Source: an uncultured Candidatus Saccharibacteria bacterium (GTDB lineage: Bacteria > Patescibacteriota > Minisyncoccia > Phycocordibacterales > UBA918). Taken from it: DNA of 64,000 nucleotides. Numbering within the stretch: position 1 is the stretch's first letter; every line of letters begins with the position of its first letter. The position numbers and the translations under genes were made by a program. The stretch lies in NCBI GenBank assembly GCA_964493145.1, contig CAZBMV010000002.1, positions 14,157 to 78,156 of the forward strand. Direction: 5' to 3'. Below are positions 49,764 to 59,875 of the stretch, piece by piece. The notes beneath the pieces are model-generated. The model was not told the origin of the DNA. It saw nothing but the letters and a program-made list of their open reading frames with translations, and did no database searches.

Positions 49764-50807
49764 ATGCGCGACACTGAAATACACATGAATGAAGAGGGAG
49801 AGCGTGCTCTTGAAACCACGGATGACCGGTTGATGAATGGTGCCACCTCGCCCATACCGGTCATTCCGCAACTTTCAGTTGCGCTCCTACTCCTCGTGTT
49901 TGTATTCGGTGTCACGTACATCGGCGCAACGAGCGCGCTCACGACCGCACACGTTCCTGATGTGCGCGTTGAAACACTCCCCGCGGTACCCCAGCAAAAC
50001 ATACACACGAAGATGAGTGCCTTTGAGGATATTTCCATTGAAGCGCAGAGCGCATTTGTGTGGGACGTTGCAAAACAGCGAGTACTCTTTAATAAAAATG
50101 CTGACGAGAGCCACCCACTCGCCTCCATTACAAAACTCATGACTGCACTCGTTGCGTATGAACTGCTTGATCCGAATGAAACGGTTGCGATATCGGAACA
50201 TGCCATCAGGGAGGAGGGTGACAGCGGTTTCACAGATGGTGAGACATTCAGCATGCAGAATCTTGCCGACCTCACCCTCCTCACCTCATCTAATGACGGC
50301 GCGGTGGCACTGAGTGCGCAAGCGGGTGCGGTTCTCTACAGCGATGCACCGGAAGATGTGTTTGTTCACGCAATGAATGTGAAGGCGCGCGAACTCGGCC
50401 TTTCTAAAACACGTTTTTTCAACAGCACCGGACTTGATATTTCAGAACACGAGGCGGGCGCGTATGGGAGCGCACGTGATGTTGCGCTTCTCATGGAATA
50501 TGTCATCACGCACAGTGAAGATGCGGTCGCGCTCACAAAGATGGATGTTACGAAAATCACGAACGAGCGCGGAGAGTACCACACCGCGCAAAACACAAAC
50601 ACCGCAATCAATGAGTTGGAAGGACTCATTGCGTCCAAGACCGGCTACACCCTCCTCTCGGGAGGCAACCTCGTCGTCGCGGTGAACGTAGGACTCAATC
50701 GTCCAATCATTGTTGCGGTACTCGGTTCATCGTACGATGGACGCTTCGCGGATGTCGTGAACCTCGTTGAAGAAGCACGTCTTCGCATCATAGGTGAATC
50801 GGAATAA
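49764..50807 (+). CDS. D-Ala-D-Ala carboxypeptidase (S11)
   Basis: SITK, SSND, KTGYT. Confidence 0.92.
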   Translation: MRDTEIHMNEEGERALETTDDRLMNGATSPIPVIPQLSVALLLLVFVFGVTYIGATSALTTAHVPDVRVETLPAVPQQNIHTKMSAFEDISIEAQSAFVWDVAKQRVLFNKNADESHPLASITKLMTALVAYELLDPNETVAISEHAIREEGDSGFTDGETFSMQNLADLTLLTSSNDGAVALSAQAGAVLYSDAPEDVFVHAMNVKARELGLSKTRFFNSTGLDISEHEAGAYGSARDVALLMEYVITHSEDAVALTKMDVTKITNERGEYHTAQNTNTAINELEGLIASKTGYTLLSGGNLVVAVNVGLNRPIIVAVLGSSYDGRFADVVNLVEEARLRIIGESE

Positions 50808-50815
50808 TCAATCAT

Positions 50816-51889
50816 ATGGAAACAACAATCATCAAAGTGCTCGCACCAACCGCCATTGCATTCGTCATCGGTATTCTCATTACACCGATTGTGACGCACT
50901 ACCTGTACAAACACGAAATGTGGAAAAAGAAGGCGGGGAAGGGTGCCGGGTACGGAGGGGGCGAGACTCCGCTCTTTGATGCACTCCACAAAAAGCGAGA
51001 TACGAACACGCCTCGAATGGGGGGTATCGTCATCTGGGCAAGCGTTCTCCTCACCGTCTGCCTCCTCTGGGTGTTTCAATTCATTTTCCCCGAGAGTGGC
51101 CTCGGATCACTTGACTACCTGAGCAGATCACAGACGTGGCTTCCGCTCTTCGCGCTCCTCGTCGGCGCACTCGTCGGCTTCGTTGACGACCTCCTCGTTG
51201 TCAGGGGAACGGGAATGCACTTCGCGGGCGGACTTCCTCTCTCACAGCGACTCCTCGTCGTGGGGATGACCGCACTCGTGAGCGGGTGGTGGTTTTATGA
51301 AAAACTTGAGGTGCAGACCGTCTCACTCATCGGGTACGGCCCCGTGGATCTCGGCATATTTTTCATCCCATTCTTTGTCATGGTTGCTATTGCGATTTAC
51401 GCGAGCAGTGTCATTGATGGCATAGACGGGCTCTCGGGGGGCACGTTCATGTTTATCTTCACCGCGTACGCGGGCATTGCGGTGTTCCAGAATCAGATTG
51501 ACCTTGCGGCGTACTGTGCAACACTCGTCGGCGGCATTCTCGCATTTTTGTGGTTTAATGTTCCTCCTGCGCGCTTTTACATGACCGAGACGGGCATCAT
51601 GGCACTCACCATGTCGCTCACCATTGTCGCATTCATGACCGACACCATTGGTGGCGGGGAGGGCGTCTCGATACTTCCCATCATCGGTAGCCTCCTCGTA
51701 CTCACCGTTGCCTCGGACGTACTCCAACTCCTCTCAAAGAAAATTCGCGGGAAAAAGATATTTCTCATCGCACCGCTCCACCATCACTTTGAGGCAATCG
51801 GATGGCCTGCAGAGAAGGTGACCATGCGCTATTGGATTTTTGGGTTCGTCTGCGCCGTCGTCGGCACACTTTTTGCCATCGCATTCTGA
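50816..51889 (+). CDS. mraY: Phospho-MurNAc-pentapeptide transferase
   Basis: TPRMGG, GFVDD, DGIDGL, APLHHHFE. Confidence 0.95.
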   Translation: METTIIKVLAPTAIAFVIGILITPIVTHYLYKHEMWKKKAGKGAGYGGGETPLFDALHKKRDTNTPRMGGIVIWASVLLTVCLLWVFQFIFPESGLGSLDYLSRSQTWLPLFALLVGALVGFVDDLLVVRGTGMHFAGGLPLSQRLLVVGMTALVSGWWFYEKLEVQTVSLIGYGPVDLGIFFIPFFVMVAIAIYASSVIDGIDGLSGGTFMFIFTAYAGIAVFQNQIDLAAYCATLVGGILAFLWFNVPPARFYMTETGIMALTMSLTIVAFMTDTIGGGEGVSILPIIGSLLVLTVASDVLQLLSKKIRGKKIFLIAPLHHHFEAIGWPAEKVTMRYWIFGFVCAVVGTLFAIAF

Positions 51890-51892
51890 AGT

Positions 51893-52996
51893 ATGCACCA
51901 TTCTGTTGACAGAACACTTCTCATACTCACCGCGCTTCTCGTCGTTGTCGGTTTTTTGATTTTTTCCTCTGCGTCACTCGGGCTCCTTGCACGCGAAGGT
52001 GCGCGATTTTCGTCTGTTGCGCTCAACCAGGTCATGTTCGGCATCATCGGCGGTGGCTTTGCGCTTTTTTTCGCATCGCTCCTCCACTACCGGTGGTGGC
52101 GACAGTATGCATTTTACATTTTCCTCTTCACCATGATACTCACGCTCGCGGTGTTCCTTCCCGTAATCGGTTTTTCACACGGGGGTGCGACACGCTGGAT
52201 TAAGATTGGCTCGCTCACGCTTCAGCCCGCCGAGCTTTTGAAAATCGGCTTTGTCATTTACGTTGCGACGTGGCTCTCCGGTGTGAAGCCGTACATACAC
52301 AGTTTCCTCAAGGGTACACTCCCGTTCATCGGAGGCATTGCACTCGTTGCCATTCCACTCCTCCTCCAGCCCGACACCGACACCTTCCTCATCATGGTCG
52401 CCGCGGCGCTCGCAATGTTTATTGCGGCAGGCGGGCGTGTGCGAGATGTCATCGTCATGGGACTCGTGGGCATACTCCTCATCACCGTACTCGCATTCAG
52501 CCGCGACTACATCATGGACAGAATTCAGACGTTCATCAATCCGAACCTTGACCCGCAGGGCTCAGGGTACCAAATCAAGCAATCCCTCATCGCCATCGGT
52601 TCAGGCGGTATAGCCGGGAGAGGTTTTGGTCAGAGTATACAGAAGTTTGAGTACCTGCCGGAACCAATCGGTGATTCCATCTTTGCGGTGTACGCTGAAG
52701 AATTCGGATTCGCGGGATCTACGGTACTCATACTCCTCTTTGTCGCGTTTGCGATGCGTGGGTACCGCATTGCAACGCACGCACCCGACCTCTTTGGCAT
52801 GCTTCTTGTTGTCGGCATCATCACCGTGATCTCTGCACAGGTGTTCCTCAACATCGCGGCAATGCTTGGACTCGCACCGCTCTCCGGTCTTCCGCTTCCT
52901 TTCATCAGTCATGGTGGCACCGCACTTCTCATGACGCTTGGTGCGGTGGGTATTGTTCTGAGCGTGTCTAAATACCAACGTCCTCGTGCACTGTAG
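51893..52996 (+). CDS. ftsW: SEDS peptidoglycan polymerase FtsW
   Basis: GATRWI, QPAELLK, GYQ..QSLIAIGSGG, LPFISHGG; lies between mraY and murG. Confidence 0.88.
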   Translation: MHHSVDRTLLILTALLVVVGFLIFSSASLGLLAREGARFSSVALNQVMFGIIGGGFALFFASLLHYRWWRQYAFYIFLFTMILTLAVFLPVIGFSHGGATRWIKIGSLTLQPAELLKIGFVIYVATWLSGVKPYIHSFLKGTLPFIGGIALVAIPLLLQPDTDTFLIMVAAALAMFIAAGGRVRDVIVMGLVGILLITVLAFSRDYIMDRIQTFINPNLDPQGSGYQIKQSLIAIGSGGIAGRGFGQSIQKFEYLPEPIGDSIFAVYAEEFGFAGSTVLILLFVAFAMRGYRIATHAPDLFGMLLVVGIITVISAQVFLNIAAMLGLAPLSGLPLPFISHGGTALLMTLGAVGIVLSVSKYQRPRAL

Positions 52997-53018
52997 CGTG
53001 ATATAATTTGTGAGCAAC

Positions 53019-54155
53019 ATGGAACGAAACAACAACGAGATCAGAGTAGCGCTCGTCGGTGGCGGAACGGGAGGTCACTTTTACCCGCTCATTGCACTCG
53101 CAGAGCGAATGAATGATGCTCCGGAAGCACCGCGCCTCTACTACATGGGACCTGAAATGTACGACACTGATGCGCTCGCCTCGGAGCGAATTGAGTACGT
53201 AAAAACGTGGGCGGGAAAACATAGACGCTACTTTTCACTACACAACTTTGTTGACCCGTTCAAGACATTCGCTGGTTCCGTCACCGCATTTTTTGAGTTA
53301 TTCGCCATATACCCCGACGTCGTCGTGAGCAAGGGTGGGTACACGAGTGTTCCCGTCATACTCGCCGCAGCTTTTTTGCGCATTCCTATCGTCATCCATG
53401 AATCAGATGCGGTCATGGGAAAAGCAAACAGACTCGCAGCACGCTTTGCACGCGCCATCGTCATTGCGTACGATTCTATCGTAATGCCAAAAACACGCGC
53501 ACAGGTGTATAAACTGGGCATTCCCATTAGGCGAGCACTCCTTAGTGAGCCCTCATCGGAAATGAAAGCGCAACTGGGCATTGTGAGTGACAGACCGGTT
53601 ATTTTCGTCGTCGGTGGTTCACAGGGTGCGGAACGGGTAAACGAACTCATCCTTGACTCGCTTGATGAACTCCTCAACGATTTCACCATTCTTCACCAAA
53701 CAGGGAAGAAGAACTACGAAATTTGCAAACTTTCTGCGGACAATCTCATCCCCGACGCCGACAGACGCCAGCACTACCACCCTGTTCCGTTTTTGGGAGC
53801 AGAAGAACTGAGCGGAGCATATCGCGAGGCGTCACTCATCATTTCGCGAGCGGGAAGCACATCCATATACGAAATAGCCCTCAACGGGAAGCCTTCAATT
53901 ATCATTCCGATTCCCGAGGGAATTAGTCATGATCAGCGTACGAATGCGTACACGTACGCACGGTCCGGAGCGGCGACCGTCATGGAGGAAATGAACCTTA
54001 CCGATGGCTTGCTTAGGGCTGAAATTGACCGTATTATGCAAAATGATGATATCTATGCGAGTATGGCAAACGCCGCTCGGTCATTCGGGCGACCGGATAC
54101 GGCGGAACACATGACAACCCTTATTTTAGATATTGCAAAAGAACACATTTACTGA
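53019..54155 (+). CDS. murG: MurG glycosyltransferase
   Basis: GGGTGGH, KGGY.S.P, HESD, GGSQGA, SRAG, HDQ..NA. Confidence 0.96.
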   Translation: MERNNNEIRVALVGGGTGGHFYPLIALAERMNDAPEAPRLYYMGPEMYDTDALASERIEYVKTWAGKHRRYFSLHNFVDPFKTFAGSVTAFFELFAIYPDVVVSKGGYTSVPVILAAAFLRIPIVIHESDAVMGKANRLAARFARAIVIAYDSIVMPKTRAQVYKLGIPIRRALLSEPSSEMKAQLGIVSDRPVIFVVGGSQGAERVNELILDSLDELLNDFTILHQTGKKNYEICKLSADNLIPDADRRQHYHPVPFLGAEELSGAYREASLIISRAGSTSIYEIALNGKPSIIIPIPEGISHDQRTNAYTYARSGAATVMEEMNLTDGLLRAEIDRIMQNDDIYASMANAARSFGRPDTAEHMTTLILDIAKEHIY

Positions 54156-54157
54156 TT

Positions 54158-55522
54158 ATGTCAATTTTTCATGAGCGGAAGGTAGTGGTCCGTATGGCAC
54201 CGAGTCCCACGGGGCACCTCCATATCGGAACGGTACGTACCGCACTCTTCAATTACCTTTTTGCGCGCCATAATAAAGGTGAGTTCATTCTACGCATTGA
54301 GGATACCGATAAAGAACGCAGCACAAAAGAGTTTGAAGAAGAAATTGTGAGCGGGCTTCAACGAATTGGTATCACCTGGGATGGCTTTTATCGGCAGTCA
54401 GAACGCGGAGCGATGTATAGAACGTACCTTGAGAAAATGGTTGCAAACGGCAGTGCGTACGTAAGCAAGGAGGAGAGCAAAATGCGACCCGGTGAGTTTG
54501 TTGAAGTTGTACGTCTTAAAAATCCAAATACGACCATTTCGTTTGCCGATGAAATACGTGGTGAAATTTCATTTGATACAACCGAACTTGGTGACTTCGT
54601 TATTGCACGCTCACTTGATGATGCGCTGTACCACTTTACCGTCGTTGTTGATGATCATGAAATGGGTGTGACGCACGTCATCCGTGGCGAGGACCACATA
54701 TCAAATACACCGAGACAAATTCTCATTCAGGAAGCTATTGGCGCACATCGTCCGACGTACGCACACCTCCCGCTCATACTCGCACCTGATCGCTCAAAAC
54801 TTTCAAAGCGCCATGGTGCGGTCATGATGAGCGAGTATGAATCACAGGGTTACCTCCATGAAGCGCTCATCAATTACCTCGCCCTCCTCGGATGGAACCC
54901 GGGAACCGATCAGGAACTCTTCACCCTTGACGAGCTTGTGAAGGTTTTTGATATTTCCGGTGTACAGAAAAGCGGTGCAATTTTCAACATTGATAAACTC
55001 AAGTGGTTTAATAAGGAGTACCTGGAGAAACGTGATGCGAATGCATTTCGCGAGTACGCACGTGCGTTCATTCCCGAGAGCGTCGCATCGCTCCCGCAGT
55101 ACAGCGATCTACGTATGGAAAAAATTTTCCCTCTCATCCGTGAGCGGAGCAGTATCGGATTGGATATCACCAATGATTTTGCATCAGGTGAGTACGATTT
55201 TGCGTTCATCGCGCCACATCCCGATGCGCACATGATTAAGTGGAAGAATGACGCAACGCCGAAGGATACCCTGTCACGGCTTCAGAAAATTGCGGAGATT
55301 ATTGCAACGATGCCCGAGGAACTCACCGCAGAAGTTGCGAAGGGGTACCTGTGGGATTACGCGTGTGAGGTGGGGAAGGGAGAAGTGCTCTGGCCCCTTC
55401 GCGTGTCACTTACCGGTAGGGAACGCTCACCCGACCCTTTCACGGTTATTGCAATCCTTGGCTCAGCTGAGTCCTATAAGAGGGTTATCACCGCATGTGA
55501 TACAATTTTAAGAGCATCGTAA
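54158..55522 (+). CDS. gltX: Glutamate--tRNA ligase
   Basis: RMAPSPTGHLHIG, RIEDTD, HVIRGEDH, KLSKR. Confidence 0.97.
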   Translation: MSIFHERKVVVRMAPSPTGHLHIGTVRTALFNYLFARHNKGEFILRIEDTDKERSTKEFEEEIVSGLQRIGITWDGFYRQSERGAMYRTYLEKMVANGSAYVSKEESKMRPGEFVEVVRLKNPNTTISFADEIRGEISFDTTELGDFVIARSLDDALYHFTVVVDDHEMGVTHVIRGEDHISNTPRQILIQEAIGAHRPTYAHLPLILAPDRSKLSKRHGAVMMSEYESQGYLHEALINYLALLGWNPGTDQELFTLDELVKVFDISGVQKSGAIFNIDKLKWFNKEYLEKRDANAFREYARAFIPESVASLPQYSDLRMEKIFPLIRERSSIGLDITNDFASGEYDFAFIAPHPDAHMIKWKNDATPKDTLSRLQKIAEIIATMPEELTAEVAKGYLWDYACEVGKGEVLWPLRVSLTGRERSPDPFTVIAILGSAESYKRVITACDTILRAS

Positions 55523-55550
55523 TTCTATTACGTATGCGATGCTTTTTTGT

Positions 55551-56873
55551 ATGAACTCACGCACATCTGCGTATCAATTTTTTATGTACGGCGTTACGGG
55601 CCTACTCATCATTTGCATGGTGTTTTCGGCGCACATAGGCATAACGTCCGCTGTCTCCGAGATAGATTCATTGAAGAACCAAATCAGCGACCGGAACAGT
55701 CGTTTGCAAGAAATTGAGAAGGAGATTGCGAACTATCAGTCCGAACTGCAGAAGGTGGGGAGTGAAAAAAACACACTCCAAAAAGCGATATCTCAACTTG
55801 AATTGGAACGAAAGAAGGTACAGGCGGATATTGCGTACACGCAAAATAAAATCGGTACGACCGATCTTGAAATAGATAAACTCACGATTGAAATCGGTGA
55901 AACTGAGAAGAGTATTTCACTCAACCGACAGGCAATTGAAGAAACGCTCCGAGCGCTTAGTGAAACCGACAACGACAGCATCGTTGAGGTTCTCCTCACG
56001 TACGACACTCTCTCTGATTTTTGGGGGACCATTGATGAACTTGAGCGCATACGGGACATCATGCGAAGCAAGGTCAACACGCTCGTGGAAGAAAAGACAC
56101 TCCTTGATTCACAGTACGCGACCCAAACACAGAAGCGTGAAGACCTTGTAGAACTGAAAGAGCAGTACTCCGACCAAAATTCCGTCCTCGTCAGCAACAA
56201 GGCGGAAAAATCAAAATTACTCGTCGCAACGAAGAACGAGGAGGCGGAGTATCAAAAACTGCTCGCACAGAAAAAAGCCGAGTATGAGATTGTTCTCAAG
56301 GAAATGCGTGAATTTGAATCACGACTTCAATTCATTCTTGATCCGAACACCGTTCCGCCAAAAGGAACGCCCGTCTTTAATTGGCCACTGGAAAAAATTA
56401 TCATTACGCAACTCTTTGGCGGAACTGAATTTGCAAAGCAAAATTCATCAGTGTATGGAGGACGTGCGTACCACCCCGGAGTGGACTTCGGTGCTCCACG
56501 AGGCACGAAAATACTCGCGCCGCTCTCGGGTACTGTTCGCGCAACCGGTGACACCGATGCGGTACCTGGATGCTACTCATGGGGAAAATGGACACTCATA
56601 GATCATGCGAATGGTCTCTCAACATTGTACGCACACCAGAGCGTCATAAGTGTCAGCCCCGGACAACAGGTAAAGACGGGGGAGGTTATAGGCTACACGG
56701 GGAATACGGGATACTCAACGGGTCCGCATCTCCACTTTACCGTTTACGCGAAGGCGGGAGTTTCCGTTCGCAAATTTAACGAAATAAAAGCGGTGACAAG
56801 CTGTGGTTCTGCAACGACTCCGGTAGCGGCGACCGATGCGTACATTGATCCTATGGTATACTTACCACAATAG
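55551..56873 (+). CDS. Coiled-coil M23 peptidase (EnvC/CwlO-like)
   Basis: Signal/TM, long coiled coil, HPGVD, LYAH, GNTGYSTGPHLHF. Confidence 0.92.
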   Translation: MNSRTSAYQFFMYGVTGLLIICMVFSAHIGITSAVSEIDSLKNQISDRNSRLQEIEKEIANYQSELQKVGSEKNTLQKAISQLELERKKVQADIAYTQNKIGTTDLEIDKLTIEIGETEKSISLNRQAIEETLRALSETDNDSIVEVLLTYDTLSDFWGTIDELERIRDIMRSKVNTLVEEKTLLDSQYATQTQKREDLVELKEQYSDQNSVLVSNKAEKSKLLVATKNEEAEYQKLLAQKKAEYEIVLKEMREFESRLQFILDPNTVPPKGTPVFNWPLEKIIITQLFGGTEFAKQNSSVYGGRAYHPGVDFGAPRGTKILAPLSGTVRATGDTDAVPGCYSWGKWTLIDHANGLSTLYAHQSVISVSPGQQVKTGEVIGYTGNTGYSTGPHLHFTVYAKAGVSVRKFNEIKAVTSCGSATTPVAATDAYIDPMVYLPQ

Positions 56874-56919
56874 GTACATGCGTTTGTCAAATTTTTGTAG
56901 GGAAATGTGATTTCGCCTT

Positions 56920-57390
56920 ATGAGACGTCTTTTGCTTGCAGTCGCACTCATTATCCTCATTTATATATTTTTTGCGCGTGCGCAATCATCGCTCATGGTT
57001 TTTATTGATAACGCGTCGTCGGTATTTATGGGAACCGAAACATACATGACGCGTGAGGCTGTTGTTAATTTCTACAATTCACAAAAACGTACGAGTAATG
57101 ATACAACACTCACACCGGAGAGTGACATTGAGATTCGCTCCACGTACATCAACAATGACAGTACGAAGGATGTCATCGCGATTGCACGCGAGGATGCAAT
57201 GTGTGGTACCGGAGGGTGCCTTGCAGCACTCTTTGTACGTACAGACGGGAAGTTGGAGCCGGTTACATTTGAATATGCAGTTAAGGAAATTGAGAGTTTG
57301 CCCAATATAACGAACGGTATGCATGACATACGGATTAACGAGAAGACGATTGTGAGGTGGACGGGTGAGGGGTACGTAGCTGACTATTAA
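56920..57390 (+). CDS. Secreted hypothetical protein
   Basis: Signal peptide; CGTGGC motif. Confidence 0.7.
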   Translation: MRRLLLAVALIILIYIFFARAQSSLMVFIDNASSVFMGTETYMTREAVVNFYNSQKRTSNDTTLTPESDIEIRSTYINNDSTKDVIAIAREDAMCGTGGCLAALFVRTDGKLEPVTFEYAVKEIESLPNITNGMHDIRINEKTIVRWTGEGYVADY

Positions 57391-57403
57391 AATAGTTCAA
57401 ACT

Positions 57404-57605
57404 AAAAATGTGCGACGCAAATGCGGTCGCACAAGCAGGGTCGTAGAAGATGACATCCATACGACGATACGAACGTCATTGCCGTATGTGTCTTAAAAGA
57501 TTCTTCTACGACTCAATACAAACAGAGTCGCAGAAGAATGTCATCTTTTACAACACAAACGGCTTTGCCGTATGTGTCGTAAAAGATATATTGTGCGACG
57601 CTTAC
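57404..57605 (-). ncRNA. Putative highly structured RNA with internal repeats
   Basis: 21-bp and 15-bp hairpins with minus-strand G-U wobbles, closing helix and terminal hairpin. Confidence 0.4.
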
Positions 57606-57707
57606 CATACTTTAACACGGCTCATTCCCTATACACCTATGTGTAGGTGATCTATGCTAAGTAAAATTATTTACTCATTCTTTGAGTCTGTTTGCCTTTG
57701 TATATTT

Positions 57708-58490
57708 TCATGGCAGGTATGTCGGGTATTGGGAGCAGAGATTTCCCATGATTTTTTTATAGGTAGGGGACTCGGCACTCAAGTCCACCTCTACACTTCC
57801 CTCTCTCGTGAGCTGTCGTTCAATTTCGGGATGTCGCATGAGGTAGTCCTTGAGCTTATATGGAATGATTTCGTCCTGCGAGATGATAGTGTGTCGCGAA
57901 TGCGTGCGTCGCAAGCACTCTTTAATGAGCGTGTAGTGGGTGCACCCGAGGACGACCGTATCAACGAGGTGTGCTACTTCGCCAACAACCTGCAGTGCGT
58001 GCTCGCATGCGAGGTTGTGTTCTCCCGCCTCAATGAGCGGTACGAGTTTGGGGGTTGCCTTCGTATGGAGTGTGAGCGACACCTCACTTTTCTTCAGTTC
58101 AATCGCATACTTATCGGATTGTATGGTTCGCTCCGTCCCAATGAGGAGCACCGACGACGCGCCTGAATCAAGGAGCGTTTCAACGGTCGGGATGATGACC
58201 CCCAAGACCTTTCTCCCAGGGTACTCCACCGCAAGCATCTCGTCTTGGTACTTTCGCACAGACGAGACCGATGCCGTGTTGCACGCGACAATGACAAGGA
58301 GTGCTCCGCTATCAAAGAGTCTCTTGATGCCGGCGTACGTGAGCGCGTGTATTTCCTCTTCTGTCTTATCACCGTACGGGAGATTCGCGGTATCGCCGAA
58401 GTACAGGTAGTCGTACTCGGGAATGAGTTCGCGCACCGCAGAGAGTATGGTGATGCCGCCAAGCCCGGAATCAAAAAAGCCGATTTTCAT
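57708..58490 (-). CDS. murI: Glutamate racemase
   Basis: FDSGLGG, D....PYG, VACNTAS, LGCTHY. Confidence 0.96.
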   Translation of the reverse strand: MKIGFFDSGLGGITILSAVRELIPEYDYLYFGDTANLPYGDKTEEEIHALTYAGIKRLFDSGALLVIVACNTASVSSVRKYQDEMLAVEYPGRKVLGVIIPTVETLLDSGASSVLLIGTERTIQSDKYAIELKKSEVSLTLHTKATPKLVPLIEAGEHNLACEHALQVVGEVAHLVDTVVLGCTHYTLIKECLRRTHSRHTIISQDEIIPYKLKDYLMRHPEIERQLTREGSVEVDLSAESPTYKKIMGNLCSQYPTYLP

Positions 58491-58491
58491 A

Positions 58492-58725
58492 TCAGGTGTC
58501 TAACTGCGTAAACCGTTCCTTTTCCTCACCATTGACGACCACCTTCCCCTCAAAGTTGCTTCGCTCTCGTGCCCACACGGCACCGAAGCCCACATCGGGA
58601 GCATCGTACTCAGCCCTGTAGATAACGAGGAATTCACTCGGATTGGCTTCACTTCGCGCTATTGTGAGCACCGTGTACTCCCTTCCCTTGTAGTGTTTGT
58701 ATCGTTTGCCAATATGTGCCTCCAT
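58492..58725 (-). CDS. DUF1653 family protein
   Basis: YKHYKG..Y.V, V.YRA.Y, W.R, RF. Confidence 0.85.
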   Translation of the reverse strand: MEAHIGKRYKHYKGREYTVLTIARSEANPSEFLVIYRAEYDAPDVGFGAVWARERSNFEGKVVVNGEEKERFTQLDT

Positions 58726-58797
58726 GGTGCTATATACTTAGTATAGTGGCGAATGTGAAGTACGTCCGCCACGTTACTCGTTAAGTATAGAAAACAT

Positions 58798-59190
58798 ATG
58801 AATGATGCACAACGTGCATGTGTACGCACACACGGAATACTTGTTGGACGCATACTCATCGGCCTCCTATTCCTCGTATCCGGTCTCTCAATGATTTTTG
58901 GCGAATACGGAGTTGCGGGTGTTGCGGGGATGATTGAAAAAATTGGATTCCCTGTCGCAGGTCTCCTCGCGTGGATTGTTGTCCTCGTGAAAGTCCTGGG
59001 AGGTGCGGGGCTTATCCTCGGCTACAGGACGGAACAGTGTGCAATGGCACTCTTCGTCTTTACCCTCCTCACCGTTGTGTTTGTACACAACACTGTTGAC
59101 GACATGACACAGGCGATGAAGAACCTCTCCATCATGGGTGGTCTTCTCTACGTTGTGGCGTATGGTACCGGTGATTCGTGGAAACTGTGA
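58798..59190 (+). CDS. DoxX family membrane protein
   Basis: GRILIGLLF..SG, KNLSIMGGLL. Confidence 0.88.
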   Translation: MNDAQRACVRTHGILVGRILIGLLFLVSGLSMIFGEYGVAGVAGMIEKIGFPVAGLLAWIVVLVKVLGGAGLILGYRTEQCAMALFVFTLLTVVFVHNTVDDMTQAMKNLSIMGGLLYVVAYGTGDSWKL

Positions 59191-59211
59191 TCGTAACGTC
59201 TTGTCGTTAGG

Positions 59212-59246
59212 TAACAAAAAACTCCCCTCCGGGGAGTTTTTTGTTA
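59212..59246. terminator. Bidirectional terminator
   Basis: taacaaaaaactcccc-tcc-ggggagttttttgtta. Confidence 0.85.
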
Positions 59247-59681
59247 CTAACGCATTGCAATGGTATGTGACCAACAAGGTGACGAAGCATTCCATGGTTT
59301 CGTACCCTGTCGTAGGTAGAGATCACGAGCATACGCCATATTGTCGTACATATCGGTGAGGTCAAGTCCGAGCTCCTCTGCCTTCGCACTGTGGTAACGC
59401 ATGTTTATCTGCATCACACCGGTGTCGGCCGGATCTACTCTCCCCCGAAGAACGGTACCGTCAGCGAGCGTATGTCTAAAGTGAGATTCACAACGCGCGA
59501 TTTGAATCATGACAGGTATGTCACTGAAGTAGGAACGCACCGCAAGTTCAGTGTCTGTTCCCGTCAGCCCTTCCTCAGTGACTTGGTCTTCCTTTGTTGC
59601 AATGTGCCCATAGGCAGTGTCCGTAACCGGCACTACCACGTTAGATACGGCAAGAACTGCCGTAAGTAAACTAGATAATAT
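59247..59681 (-). CDS. Small lytic transglycosylase (SLT-like); start uncertain (ATA 59681 or GTG 59639)
   Basis: IARCES, DTGVMQIN, N..YA..LY...G.KPW. Confidence 0.85.
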   Translation of the reverse strand: MLSSLLTAVLAVSNVVVPVTDTAYGHIATKEDQVTEEGLTGTDTELAVRSYFSDIPVMIQIARCESHFRHTLADGTVLRGRVDPADTGVMQINMRYHSAKAEELGLDLTDMYDNMAYARDLYLRQGTKPWNASSPCWSHTIAMR

Positions 59682-59875
59682 AAGCCAAGGGTCTTATCGA
59701 ACAAAATGTATTACAAGCCGGTAATACAAAAAACGGCCGAAACCGTTTACCTAATTAGTATACCATTTTGATGCGCAAAGTCAAATTAAATGACAACTAT
59801 GGACTGTTGTCAAATTATTTGATGGCTAGGTTTTGAGCCATATTATTTAGTAAAAATATTGACAATAATACACAA

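Noticed and set aside
57404-57605. Mini CRISPR array
   Set aside because: Only two imperfect repeat copies, the intervening sequence is itself palindromic, and there are no cas genes.
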